Assembly: GCA_002104905.1 (NCBI GenBank)
Contig: MCFE01000678.1
Coordinates: 1-47,036, forward strand
DNA: 47,036 bases
Direction: 5' to 3'
Origin: Basidiobolus meristosporus CBS 931.73
Lineage: Eukaryota; Fungi; Basidiobolomycota
Shown here piece after piece: positions 1-12,370 of the stretch. The notes beneath the pieces were generated by a model, which saw only the letters and a program-made list of their open reading frames with translations, did no database searches and was not told the origin of the DNA. Position numbers and translations under genes: made by a program. Within the stretch, counting starts at the first letter, position 1. Each line of letters begins with the position of its first letter.

Positions 1-790
1 CCTTTTGTGCTCTTACACATCCTGCACAACATTGATCTGCAAAAAAACGTCAAAAAAATGAATTTTCTCTTGCATCATAGGTGACACACAGGGACTGCTT
101 TGCATGAAGATACAGAGCTATATTTCACACTCTGGGGCAAGTATAGGTTCACTTGGCCTCTCTGGAACACTATGGCATCATTTGGCACTCATGGCTCCAT
201 GCAGCACTATCCAACAGAACATGTCTAATATACAATTCACTATTTTGGTTACTTGCAAAATCTTGTCAAGTTGCAAGTAACTGTTTATCCTTTGCTATAC
301 AGTTTGCTTGCTCTAGTTTCAGTTTTTTGTCTGCTTGTGTCTTCTTGAATTCTCTTGCCAGGTTTCCTGGCTTCTTGCAGTAGTTACAGCAGTAATTTTT
401 TCTTTGGTTATCATGCTGAAGAGCTTTTGTTTTAAAGAGAGCTTGCTTGATACTGACTTTGCTCTAAAGATCTTTTCTAAGGATTCCCATGCTGTGTTGG
501 CTGCATTTGAAGCATGGATTTGTCCAATGAAGGAATCTTCCACATTGATATATATAGCAATAGAGGTCTTTCTCTTCCTCTCTTGAAGCTCTACACCTCT
601 TCTGCTGTTCCTTTGGGCACAACTTCTGTTCCTGTTACTATATTCCAAAGCATGCTTTCCTCAAGGTGGATCTGCATCTTGATTCTCCACAGTCATTAGT
701 TCTTCCCATCAGACCCTTCCTTTGCAGGGAAGATGTTTGTATTGTTCTGTTTGCTTGTAGAAATCATCTTTAGATGAGGTTATAGCATTT

Positions 791-803
791 AGGGCTCATA
801 ACC
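791..803 (-). promoter_or_regulatory. Half-tRNA-iMet primer binding site (Ty5/copia type)
   Basis: GGTTATGAGCCCT abuts the LTR end and is complementary to AGGGCUCAUAACC, the anticodon arm of yeast-type initiator tRNA. Confidence 0.85.
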
Positions 804-1145
804 TGTTACAATCTAAGAAGTAAATTGGATATCAGGAACCTATGTAGAAATAGTGATAATAGTCAAACTGTTATTGAATCATAAAGAAGCTCAGTATATA
901 TACTTCTGTAGAAGTAATAAAACTGTAACATCAAGGATAGCTTCTTTTCACTTAGGAGCTTTCTCTAATTGCTTCAGGGCTAATGCACAATGTATGGTAA
1001 ACATGCTAATTTGATCTTCACTATAGGGGAATAATCATTGGATCATAGATATGCAGAAAGTGGCAGGGTAAGGGCTCTAGGCTAGTCCTATCATGACCAA
1101 GACTAGTCCAGAACTGTTAACCAAGTTTCCGCTGCTGAACAATAT

Positions 1146-1513
1146 TGTTACAAGTCTTGGTATAAGAGTTGTAGAGGAATAGGGAGTTTAGCTGGTTTTG
1201 TATTCACTAAAACTTTGACTGATTTTTATTGAGGTTCTAGCAGCTGCTTATATATGTTTTGCAACATCAATTGCAGACTAATTGTATTTCCTAATGTAGG
1301 TTGTGGCTGACCACTCATTTAATTGCATCACCATCACCCAGTACAATCCTGCTTAATATATCAGTTTCTGTCTGATAACAAGATGCTGTTTCATTTGCTG
1401 ACTGATGCTATTGACTTGATATATAACACTCATACACTTATAAACTAAAAATATAACTTATTGATTTAATAAAAACTGATCTAACATCAATATTTAAGCA
1501 GTAGATTATAGCA
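1146..1513 (-). repeat. Gypsy family B solo LTR inserted in the copia-A LTR
   Basis: Reverse complement of the LTRs at 8413-8779 and 12380-12747. Flanks ATAT/ATAC form a 4-bp duplication with one mismatch. Removing it restores the A-LTR sequence seen at ~8183-8218. Confidence 0.9.
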
Positions 1514-1570
1514 ATACCAAGAAGTCCATTAATTCAGCAGAAGAACCCTCTCAGCTTTGGTAAATAAGAA

Positions 1571-1923
1571 TACTATGGTCTGCAACTTGAATGTTCAATT
1601 TCTATCAGTATTTAGTCAAACTGATCAACTTAATATCAGGCCTTTCAGTATACCAGTATTTTTAGTCAACAGATGAATCAGCAAGTCCTTATTGGACAGA
1701 AATAGATATATGCTGAGTAAAATCTAATTGGGTGATAATGATGCAGCTAGACAAGCTGTTAGCCACATCCTACACCAGGGAATATACTCATTAAGCAATT
1801 GATCTAGTAAAATGTATATAAGGAGCTGCTGTAACCTCAATAAACAACAGTTCAAGCTTCAGTTAATGCAATACTAGCAAAACTCTGTATTCTTCTAACA
1901 CTCTTATATCAGGACTTGTGACA
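1571..1923 (+). repeat. Gypsy family B LTR, degenerate
   Basis: Colinear with 8413-8779 (e.g. gtatataaggagctgctg...cctcaataaa; ends gacttgtgaca). No TSD found. Confidence 0.85.
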
Positions 1924-2642
1924 TAAAGAAGTGTTTTAGATACAAGGAACTTATCATGAAATAGTGATAATGGTAGAGCTATTGTTTATTTCAAAGAGGC
2001 TGAGTGTTTATACCTTTATAAAGGTATTAGAGCTGAGACACTAAGTTAGGAGAGTTTATTCATAGTCAGAAGCATTCTGTAGCAGTTTCAGGATTCAAGT
2101 ATAATGTTTGTAAAGTGATGGTGTTACAAGTCTTGGTAAAAGAGTTGTAGAGGAATGGGGAATTTAGCTAGATTGTATTCACTAAAACTTGAACTGATCT
2201 TTATTGAGATTCCAGTAGCTCCTTATATACATTTTGCCAGATCAATTGCTGACTAATTGTATTTCCTAATGTAGGTTGTGGCTGATGACTCATTTGATGG
2301 CATCATCATCACCCAATCAGATCCTACCTAATATATCTATTTCTGTCTGATAAGAATCTGCTGATTTATTTGCTGACTAATGCCACTGATTTGATAGATA
2401 AACTGATATACTGATAGCCTAAACATAAAACGGATTGATTTGACTACAAACTGATCTAACTTAAACATTCAAGCAGCAGATCATAACAACAACTTGACTC
2501 TGACTATAGGGGAACAATCATAGAATCTTATATTGGAAAGAAAGGGGAAGAATTAGGGCTATAGATGAGACCTGCAGTTACTAAGACTTCTTCAGAATTG
2601 CCAAGTACAGTTTGGTGGCTGAATACCACCAGCTAGTCCAAC
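1924..2642 (-). repeat. Copia-A LTR relic (1924-2121 and 2489-2642) split by a gypsy-B LTR at 2122-2488
   Basis: Shares aaatagtgataat, ctataggggaacaatca and gctgaatacca blocks with 830-1145 and 7965-8218. Confidence 0.6.
2122..2488 (-). repeat. Gypsy family B solo LTR
   Basis: TGTTACAAG...TCATAACA, reverse complement of the B LTR. Flanks (ATGG/ACAA) do not give a clean TSD. Confidence 0.9.
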
Positions 2643-5600
2643 TGCTGCAAGTCTTACTATAAGAGTGTTTGAGTAATACAGAGTACTGCTAGTATTGTAT
2701 GGATTAAAACTTGAGCTGATTTTTATTGAGGTTCCTGCAGCTCCTTGTATACAATTTGCCAGATCAATTGCTGACTAATTGTATTTGCTAATGTATGTTG
2801 TTGCTGATGACTCATTTGATTGCATCATCACTACCTAATTGTGTCTTACTCAGTATATATATTTCTGTCTGATAAGAATCTGCTGATTCATCATCTGACT
2901 AATATAACAGATTTGATAGATAACACTAATATACTAATAGGCCAAGTATAAAGCTAATTGACTTGACTAAAAGCCAGTCTAACTTAAATATGCAAGCAGT
3001 AGATCATGACATTCTCCCTTGCAAAGTTCAGAGGTTTCTCTGAATCTCTTTTCTTGTGACACCAGTATCTTGATGGTTCAGTGTTATCAGTGAGACTTGA
3101 AAGCTTGAGTCTGTCTTTATGACCTAAATCTTGGTGGATGTTCCCTTTTTATCCAGTGATTTGCGAGTTGCAAATGGACATTTTGGATGATCTAAAAGGT
3201 CTTGTCCATTGTGGCTCAAACTTCTTACAAGTGTTGTTTCTCAGAAATGAGAAGTTCTCAACTGTCAATGCTTCTGGTGAAATAATATTCTCAAATCTCT
3301 GATTTGTTTTTTCTGCACTTTGAGATACTTTGGCCTGTGCCTCTTGGCATCTTTGTACCAGTTGCTGATGTCTACTTGGCAGACCAAGCTCATGTTGTAA
3401 AGTGTCTGTAAGCTTTTGTTGTGTGAGATCTCCTGGAATTCTTGGTTCACATCCATACACTAAGTAAAATGGTGATTGCTGGGTAGTGTTGTGCACTCTT
3501 ACACTGCAGGCAAACAGTGCATGGTGTATGTATTGTCCCATTTACAGACAGCACCATTTGCATACTTGGTCATATTTTTTCAAATAACTATTTGAATTGC
3601 TCAATGACTCCATTAGTTTTAGGGTGACATGCCAAGGTTTTCAATTATTTCATCTGCTCTATTTGCAGGCAAGCTTATAACATCTTTGCCATAAAGTTTG
3701 CTCCTCAATCAGACAAAGCTTCTACATGGCATTCAACCTTTTAAGTATCTAATGGTAGACAAAACTTACAACTTCTTGTTTATTGGCTATAGGCATAGCT
3801 TTAGCAACAGCAATTTAGTGGCAAGGTCAAATGCTACTAGAATCCAGTGGCTGCATTTCTTATTGGTTGGTAGTCTCCCAATAAAGTTAATACCCTATCT
3901 CTAAAGTGATCTGACAGGATCCTACAGAAAGAGTTGAGCAATTCTCTGAGGTTGGCCTTGGTTAAGTTGCCAGTTTGGGCAAGCTGTCACCAGCTTCTCA
4001 ATATCTTGTTTCATTCTGGCCCACCATGCTCTGGCTTTCACAAAACTATAGGCTCCTTCAATTATAAGATGTCCATATTGATTCAGTAGCTTACGTTGTG
4101 GTGGGGTAAACATACCTCCCACAGACAAGTTTATTCATATAGCCATTATGATATACTTATCCATATTTTATCTTATCAGTATTATCCCATTCTTCTTTTG
4201 CCCATATTATCAGTATTATCCCCATATGATGTTTACTCTGATTAGTTATTAGCATTAGTTATCCCAGATGTTATTCAGCCTTGTGATCAGTAGATGTACC
4301 TATATAAGGCAAGTACCCATGTCAGTACCCGTGACACATGACCTAGGTGTGTGTTACCATCCCTACCATTTCAATACCATATATGGTATTTCTATGTTGC
4401 ACAGGTTTCAGACTACTGATTCATGATTGGTTGAGAGTGCTGTGCCTTTTAGAACCTTCCAGGACATTCTTGGCATATTTTTAGCTCATAGTGATGTCAT
4501 CAAGAATTCCACTGGTACCTAGAATCTTCTAGAACCTTGTCATTAGTAATCACTTGGTAATCAGGAAAAGTATTTAAGGGAAAGCAATCCCTCATCAATA
4601 AATCATCCCTTCTATCAGTAACACTTCTACCTTATTGATTAGCAGTTGATCACTGCACCTGCCTTCAACAGTACATCTCAGACCTGCCATCAAGGAGCTT
4701 TTCAGGGTAGTGCACAAGACACACAGAGGCCTTTGGAGACACTTGGAGCACCTAGGAAGCTAGAGAAGCAGGAGCTTTTACCATAGAGACATACTGACAA
4801 AGACACCAGCAGTTTAGACCCAGAGGTTATTGCACCCATCAGACACCTCACACACCTTGAGTTGTGTAGCTTCTCCCAGGAGTACCTCTACACCACCACA
4901 ACGTGTTAAATCCAGGTAAGTAACATGAGAGTAATAGGCAATAGGGCTTTCTTCATTTATATGATAGAGTGTTTGATCATGTGCTAAAAATTTGCTGGCT
5001 TCAACCTAGACTATTCTCTTGATCTTTTTATCCTCCTTGTTAGGAACGGTTTAGTCCTACAAGTATGTTGGCAATAAGCTAGGACAGTTTGTTTTATGCA
5101 CAAGGTTGAGTTGTGCAATTTGTTCTAGTCTTGATAAGCATCAGCAACTGTGTTGTTTTTCCCAGGGCAGTAGACATTCTTCTAGTAAGATTGCTGAATG
5201 TATTCATTTCATCCTGTCATTACTCTGGATAGTACAATCTGAGTTAATATTCACTTGTATGGGCATGATCAGTCTTTTCATTCCAATTGAATCCTTCAAT
5301 GTAGGATCTCCATTTTTCAAGCAGTGTACTATGGTAAGCATCTCCTTCTCATACTTGGGATAGTTTGCCCTTCTGTGTTGTATTTTTGGATTCAAAATCA
5401 ACTGGGCAGTTCATTCCCTCATGTTCTGGGTTCAGTACTCCACTAATTGCATAATCTGAAGCATCTGTGCATACAGTAAGCTCTTTTCTGAAGTCTGGTA
5501 ATCCAAAGCTTGGCCGCTTAGCAAGTCCCCTCTTGAGAATCTGAAAGACAGTCTCACAGGCTTTATCCCACTTCAAGATGTTGCTTACTTGAGGATATCA

Positions 5601-5760
5601 GTTAATGGGGCTGCAATTCTTGCAAAGGACCTGGAAAATCTCTGATAGTAGTAAATACACCAAGGAGCAATATGGACTCTGATATACTATGGAGCTGCTT
5701 CAGGTTCTTGATGACTTCACCCTTTGTAGGATCCAGAGTCACTCCATCAGCAGTATTGCT
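2643..5760 (-). mobile_element. Gypsy family B element, 5'-truncated: 3' LTR 2643-3011, PPT, integrase, RNase H and RT C-terminus; interrupted by a solo LTR at 4097-4900
   Basis: The PPT complement ttctccctt (3012-3020) abuts the LTR. ORFs 3149-3541, 3922-4128 and 5349-5576 match the pol of 8413-12747 (GCEPRIPGDLTQQKLTDT, VKARAWWARMKQDIEKLV, CTDASDYAISGVL). Confidence 0.92.
4097..4900 (+). repeat. Gypsy family C-related solo LTR (804 bp) with ACGT TSD
   Basis: Ends TGTGGTGG...CCACCACA (8-bp inverted termini). ACGT lies at 4093-4096 and 4901-4904, and removing the insert rejoins the B integrase. The central part aligns with 21974-23044. Confidence 0.92.
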
Positions 5761-6479
5761 GGCTTTTCTGGGCACAATGGATAATGTGGCTGTGCAGTGT
5801 GTGAGATCCAGCAGATTAACTCCATAACTTATACATATGGCTATTATCTAAACACCAACACTAATAGCATTGTATTCCCACCAAGAAAAGGTACCTATGT
5901 TGGCATGCAGTTTTAGTAAAGTTGGTGAGCTATCAGCATTTAACCACAATATGGAATATATTGCAAAATGAAGGTGCCCAAGATAGACAGTATTAGGTGG
6001 AGGAAAAGCACTCCACCAAGAGCAATATATTTGCTTTTCCACAATTTCTGTATATCAATTTCCAATTTGCACATGGGTCATTTCAATCTAAATGGGCCCT
6101 TTGATATACCGGAAATCTCATAGGACTGGCTAAATCTCACAGTGTAACTACAACTGACGCATTTGTCACAAGATCCACACAGTATTTGCACGCTCATACA
6201 ATAATCCAACAGCAACAACTAAATGTGAGGAATATGTGGTTCCATGATTATTTCAAGAGTTGGAATCCATTAAATTTGCGGTATAAGTAATTAGTAGCTA
6301 CTTGCCAGATTCAGTATAAGAGCTAGCTGTGTTTCTTGCTGCCCATGGTGGATGTCTGCTTGTGTACTGTGAGGCTGGTATAAAATATATTGAGAGTTAT
6401 TGTCATTGGCAAGGTGCAAATGCAGCTGAGATAATAGTTTTATTTGCTAGCCTTTGCTTAGTCTTAACATGTTGGATAC

Positions 6480-6810
6480 TTATGTAAGTGGCCTTCTAAA
6501 GCAATATCTATTTAAGCAGACTGAAGATATAGCCATATGTTGACTTTAAAACAACTTCATCAAAGCTCACTCAGTGCATATACAACTTTGATTAAGGGAG
6601 TTTGTGACAGATTTTGAGCAGCTGCACTGAAAGCATAAAGCAATCCAGATTGATCTCTCTTACTACTGTATCCACGCTTCACTCCATCTTTCATGGTGTG
6701 TGCAAAATAGTAGAGTTTGCCTCACCCCCTGGAGTTTCCTTTAGAGTAGATGTAGGGAGATAGGAAGGTGATTCATACCAGTAGGTAATGCCATATTCTA
6801 ATCTCAGCAA
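6480..6810 (+). pseudogene. Probable CACTA/EnSpm-type transposase C-terminal relic
   Basis: Translation LREFVTDFEQLH...CIHASLHLSWCVQNS...PWSF...GEIGR...PYSNLSK follows the order of the fungal EnSpm motif HALLH-x-GP-x-W-x-F-x-ER-x-G...PYxNL. Stops and frameshifts present; no TIRs located. Confidence 0.5.
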
Positions 6811-7323
6811 AAATAGTACCTTCATGTGTGGCACAGATGTAATGACTTAAGACCAGGGAAGAATATTAAAATACCAAGTAAAGATGCAACAGGCAAACCC
6901 ATATTCTAGTGGCATTAAGAAGCTAAGCAGTCCCTAGATATTGAAAGTCTTTCACTAACACATGGTTAGGCTGGATGCAACATGCATCCAATCATTATAA
7001 GGATATTTCTAGCAGAGTCTACACATTTCTCATGGTTGCAAAGTAATATCCAGAGCTTTCAATACACAACTCACACAAATAAGTGTCAGTGCACATGTGG
7101 TATGGGTACTCATGTCTAGCACAGAGAAGGAATGTAATGAATATGTATTGCAAAAAATATAAAAAAACTTAAAAGTGTTCATGGCAGAAGTGGCTACAAC
7201 CAAGCATATAGTTATAAGATGTATATCTTACTATTAGTACAAGGTAAATAGCTAGCTTGCAAGTATCACACTAAATTCCTATAAAGCTGAGGTAATCAAG
7301 GTGTCAACTGTTGTGTGTGTTCA

Positions 7324-8218
7324 TGTTGAAATATTGGACTATTTGCTCACATTCAGCGGCTAAAAATTTACTTAACAATTATGGACTAGTCTTGGTCACT
7401 GTATGAGTGATTTACGTCCCTAACTATGCAAGTTTATTCTGATTTATGATTGAATACAAATTCCCTATATTCCAGATCATGTTGGCACATCTATCAAACA
7501 TTATATACTAATCCTGAAACTGGTACTGAATGCTCCAAAATATTGAGATTCCCACCTTTCTTGGTGTTACAGCTGTATCACTACTACAAAGGTATAGATC
7601 CTCTCAAAGATTCTTAAATTGTGGTCTAGCTAGGGATTTTGTGAACATACCTGCCACCATTTTGTCAGCTGGATAGTAAACTAACTCCACTTGGTTACTT
7701 TCTACAGCTTTCCCCACACAGTGGTATTGTGTATCTATGTGCCTAGTTCTGGCCTGATTAGTAGTATTTGCAGCTAGTTAAATACAACTTTGATTATCTT
7801 TGTGAATACATATTGGTTCATTGGATTAGTGCCTAAGTCTTTGAATAAATTCTGTAGCCATATAGCATCCTTGGTTGGTTGGCAAGCAGCCGTACATTTG
7901 GCTTCCATTGTCTAATGGGCCACAGCTGGTTGTTTCTTGCAATTCCATCTTTGTAGAAGTAATACAGCTGTAACACTAAGCAAGAAGGGCTTCTTAACAT
8001 TCAGGGGCTTTCTGTAACAGTTTCAGGGCTAGCACAAAATGCTGGGTAAAAAGTGTAAACATGTTCTTGACTATAGGGGAACAATCATAGGATCATACAT
8101 CTGAATAAGCTGGCAATTTTGGGGCTGCAACTTAGTCCTACAGCAACCAAGACTAGACTGGAATTTTTATGCAAATTTTTTGCTGCTGAATGATACCAAA
8201 TAGTGCAATATTTCAACA
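7324..8218. mobile_element. Copia mosaic: A-LTR fragment (+, 7324-~7590), copia RNase H relic (-, ~7590-7960), A-LTR fragment (-, ~7965-8218)
   Basis: Minus strand reads WNCKKQPAVA...KDAIWLQNLFKDLG...DNQSCIKLAAN...RTRHIDTQYH...KMVAGMFTKSL (copia RNase H). Both flanks begin with the LTR start TGTTGAAATATTG, pointing inward. Confidence 0.8.
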
Positions 8219-8867
8219 TATTCAAATAACTTAGCCACCTAGATTGAGATATACATATCTCAGAGAATACTGATAAAATTCCATCTTGAGACATACCTAC
8301 AGTGTTCACACTTAAGCATTGGGTACTCAAAACATGTAGGTTTTTTAAGTTGTCTAAATAGCATCAATCCTGGCATACAGGTTTTAGAACCTTGCTGAGC
8401 ATATTCTACATGTGTTATGATCTGCCGCTTGAATGTTTAAGTTAGGTCAGTTTTTAGTCAAATCAATTAGTATATGTTTAGGTTATCAGTATAACAGTAT
8501 TATCTATGAAATCAGCAGCATTAGTCAGCAAATGAGTCAGCAGATCCTTCACAGACAGAAATAGATATTTTAAGTAGGATCTTATTGGGTGATGATGATG
8601 CAATCAAATGAGTCATCAGCCACAACCTACATTAGGAAATACAACTAGTCAGCAATTGACCTGGTAAATGTATATAAGGAGCTGCTGGAACCTCAATAAA
8701 GATCAGTTCAAGTTTTAGTGAATACAATACTAGCTAAACTCCCCATTCCTCTACAACTTTTATAGCAAGACTTGTAACATTGGTAGCAGCAATAACCAGA
8801 AACCTCCCTCCTGAAGAAAGAAGAAACCACCCTCAAGATATCAGACAATCAAGAATGGAAGAATGCC

Positions 8868-9633
8868 ATGCAGCAAATCCTGGCCCAACAGCAACAGTTA
8901 CTCCAGATCCTCAGCCAACAGCAACAAGGAATGGCTACCATGGCTCAGAGCCAGCAAAGCCCTGTCAAGAGCAACTTTAGTGTGAAGGTCAACCAGTACC
9001 ATGGCAGAGTCAATGAAAACCTGGAAACTTGGCTCTTTCAGATCAAAGAAGCTTTTAAAGCTGAAGGAATTGCTCCAGAAAGCAAGTTTGATTATGCAGC
9101 TTCTTACCTGGCAGATGCAGCTTTACAGTGGTACCACAACAAGCTCAGGTCAGCCACTATGATGGGATGCTCTACAATCTCTATCTGGGATGAATTTGTG
9201 TCGGAAATTCAGGATGCATTTGAACCTTCACACCAGCAGACACTACTAAGAAGGAAGTTGAAGACACTTGGACAGAAAGGAATGGTACAAGAATACATCT
9301 ATGAGTACAGATGTCTACTTAGACATATTGAAAGAATGGACCCCCTGGATCAAGTTGAATACTTTATTGATGGTTTGAAAGAAAGCACTTGCAAGGAAGT
9401 GAATTATCAATGACCTCAGACTATTGAAGAAGCCATCAAGATTGCCATTGACTATGATGCAGCTACGTTTGGAGTTGGGAAGCCTACAGTGACTAATCAG
9501 AAAGGCTACAATCATTAAGAAAGAGGACAGCAAGAAGCAGTACCAACGGAAATAGATGCTATGCAGAAGAACCCCACCTCAGAAGAATGCAGGAAGAAAG
9601 TACTTTGTTACAATTGCAACCAGCAAGGACAGT
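8868..9633 (+). pseudogene. Gypsy B gag (capsid plus truncated zinc knuckle)
   Basis: YHGRVNENLETWLFQIKEAF...YLADAALQWY. The TGA at 9411 is bridgeable as CGA. The frame continues PQTIEEAIKIA...CYNCNQQGQ*. Confidence 0.9.
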
Positions 9634-9656
9634 AGAGCGCTTAAAAAGGTACCCAG

Positions 9657-12370
9657 ATGTTCCTCATGGCAGTATCACAGGAGGATTTTGCTACCCCAGT
9701 ACCCCAGCAGGTCCAGACTCTCTTGAAGAAATACTCAGACGTGTTTTCAGATGAGCTTGTAAGCTTACCACCAGTCAGAGACATGGATCATGCCATTGAC
9801 ACAGGAGATAGCCCTCCAGTGAGCAAGACACCTTATAGAATGAGTCCATTAGAATTGGAGGAAATGAAGAGACAAATTGCTCAGCTATTGGAACAAGGAT
9901 ACAGCAGACCCAGCAAGTCACCTTGGGGGGCACCAGTGCTTTTTGTGAAAAAGAAGGATGGAACACCTAGGATGTACATTGACTACAGAGCCCTCAACTC
10001 AGTTACCATCAAGAATAAGTACCCCATACCTTGGATTGATGAGCGTTTGGACCAACTTAATGTAGCCACCATATTCAGCAAGATTGACCTCATGTCAGGA
10101 TATAACCAGATTAGGGTGAAACCAGAAGATATCCCTACAACAGCATTCAGGACCAGATATGGACATTACAAGTACTTAGTCATGAGTTTTGGCCTCACTG
10201 ATGCCCCTGCAACATTCATGACGCTGATGCAGACTGTCTTTCAGGAGTACTTAGGCAAGTTTGTGATACTCCTACTGGGATGTCATACTAATATACAGCA
10301 AGACAGAAGAGGATCATGTGGTGCACATTGAAAAGGTCTTGAAGAAGCTAAGAGAGAACAAGTTATATTGCAAGCTGGCCAAATGTGAATTCTTCAAGGA
10401 ACATGTTGAATACCTGGGACACATAGTGACTAGCACAGGAGTAACCTTAGACCCTAAGAAGGTTGAAGTTACTGAGAACCTGAAGCAGCCCCATAGCATA
10501 TCAGAGCTCAGATCATTCCTTGGAATGGTTTCCTATTATTGGAGATTTGTCAAGTCTTTTGCAAGTATTGCCGCCCCTTTAACTGATATCCTCTAGAAAG
10601 ACAATACCTACAAGTGGGACATAGCTTGTGAGACTGCCTTCCAGATGCTCAAGAATGAACTTGCTAAGCTGCCAAGCTTAAGAATACCAGACTTCAGAAA
10701 AGAGTTCACTCTGTGCACAGATGCTTCAGATTATGCAATTGGTGGAGTATTGAGCCAAGAACACAAGGGAAAGGACTACCCTGTTGCCTTTGAATCCAAG
10801 AAACTGAACTCAGCAGAACAAAACTATCCATTCCATGAGAAGGAGATGCTTGCCATAATACACTGCTTGAAGACATGGAGATGCTATATTGAAGGAGTCA
10901 AATGCACTCTGAAGAATGATCATGCCTCCCTCAAGTATATATTTACTCAGAAGGTACTCTCTAGAAGAATGACAAGATGGAGTGAATACATTCAGCAATT
11001 TGACCTGGAGATTTTCTACTGCCCTGGAAAAAACAACATGGTTGCTGATGCCTTATCAAGATTAGATCAAGTTGCACAACTCAACTTGGTGCATAAATCA
11101 GATTGGCCTAGCCTATTACCAAAGCACTTGGAGGACCAAGCCATTCCTAATGAGGTGGATGAAGATATCAAGAAGATAATCTGTGATGAAGCCTGCAAAT
11201 TTGTAGTACTGGATGAAACACTCTACTAAATTGTTGATGGAAGCCCTATTGCCTATTGCCCTTATGTTTTTTGCCTGGAATTAATACATAAGCTACACAA
11301 TGAGTATGGACATCTTGGAATTGAAGGAACCTATAGTCTTGTGAAAGCCAGAGCATGGTGGCCCAGAATGAAACAAGACATTGAGAAGCTAGTGAAAACA
11401 TGCCCAAATTGCCAAATTAACCAAAGCCAATCACAAAAAATTGCCAAACTCTTTCCCTTGGAGCCTGTAAGACCATTTGAAAGATGGGGAATTGACTTTG
11501 TTGGAAGACTGCCAACTACCAGGAAATGCAACCGTTGGATCCTAGTAGCAATTGACCATGCAACTAAATGTCCAATTGCTAAAGCTTTACCAATAGCTAG
11601 TGAGCAAGAAGTTGCAAGTTTCATTTACCATGAGATCCTGATGAAGTTTGGATGCACTGTGGAGATCTTTTCTGATAGAGGAGCAAACCTTATGGCAAAG
11701 ACAATAGAGGCTTACCTGAAAATGCAGCAGATCAGACACTTGAAAACCTTGGCATATCACCCCAGAACTAATGGAGTCACTGAGCAGTTTAATGCATCAT
11801 TTGGAAAAATGCTGACCAAGTATGCAAATGGAGTTGTCAGTAGATGGGATGAGTATATAGACCAAGTACTATTTTCATGCAGAGTCTGAGTACACAACAC
11901 CACCCAGCAATCACCATTTTACTTAGTGCATGAATGTGAACCAAGGATTCCAGGAGATCTCACACAACAAAAGCTTACAGACACCTTTGAAGATGAACTC
12001 AGTCAGCCAAGTAGACTCCAGCAACTGGAACAAAGACGTCAAGAGGCACAGACCAAAGTATCTCAAAGTGCAGAAAAGATGAAGCAGAGATTTGATAAGA
12101 CTATAGCACCAGAAGCATTGACAGTTGGGAACTTGGTACTGCTAAGAAACAACACTTGAAAGAGGTTTGAGCCACAATGGACTGGACCATTCAAGATCAT
12201 CAGAGAATGTCCATTTGCAACTTACCAACTGGTAGACAAACAAGGCAATATCCGGGAAGACTTAGTGCATAGGGACAGACTCAAGCTTGCAAGACTTGCA
12301 GATAATACTGAACTATCAAGAGATTGGTATCACAAGAAAAGATATTCAGGAGAACCCTCTGAGCTTTAGT
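9657..12370 (+). pseudogene. Gypsy B pol (RT, RNase H, integrase); no protease, no chromodomain
   Basis: [34 protein letters not shown]; YxDD is frameshifted and reads YWDV; CTDASDYAIGGVL; WGIDFVGRLP; YHPRTNGVTE. Several stops. Confidence 0.95.

Larger units (their letters stand above)
1..1539 (-). mobile_element. Ty1/copia family A, 5' end: 5' LTR (804-1145 plus 1514-1539, split by a gypsy-B LTR), PBS, decayed gag and protease start; runs off the window edge
   Basis: On the minus strand the LTR ends ...TGTAACA and is followed directly by GGTTATGAGCCCT (791-803). Minus-strand translation gives copia gag motifs LWRIKMQIHLEESMLWNIVTGTE and AWESLEKIFRAKSVSSKLSLKQKLF, and a protease-like LLDSAAWSH near 200. 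Stops and frameshifts are present. Confidence 0.85.

Noticed and set aside
791-803. AGGGCTCATAACC as part of a tRNA-iMet gene (also 34898-34910)
   Set aside because: Only 12-13 nt match, with no cloverleaf. The position against an LTR end identifies it as a PBS.
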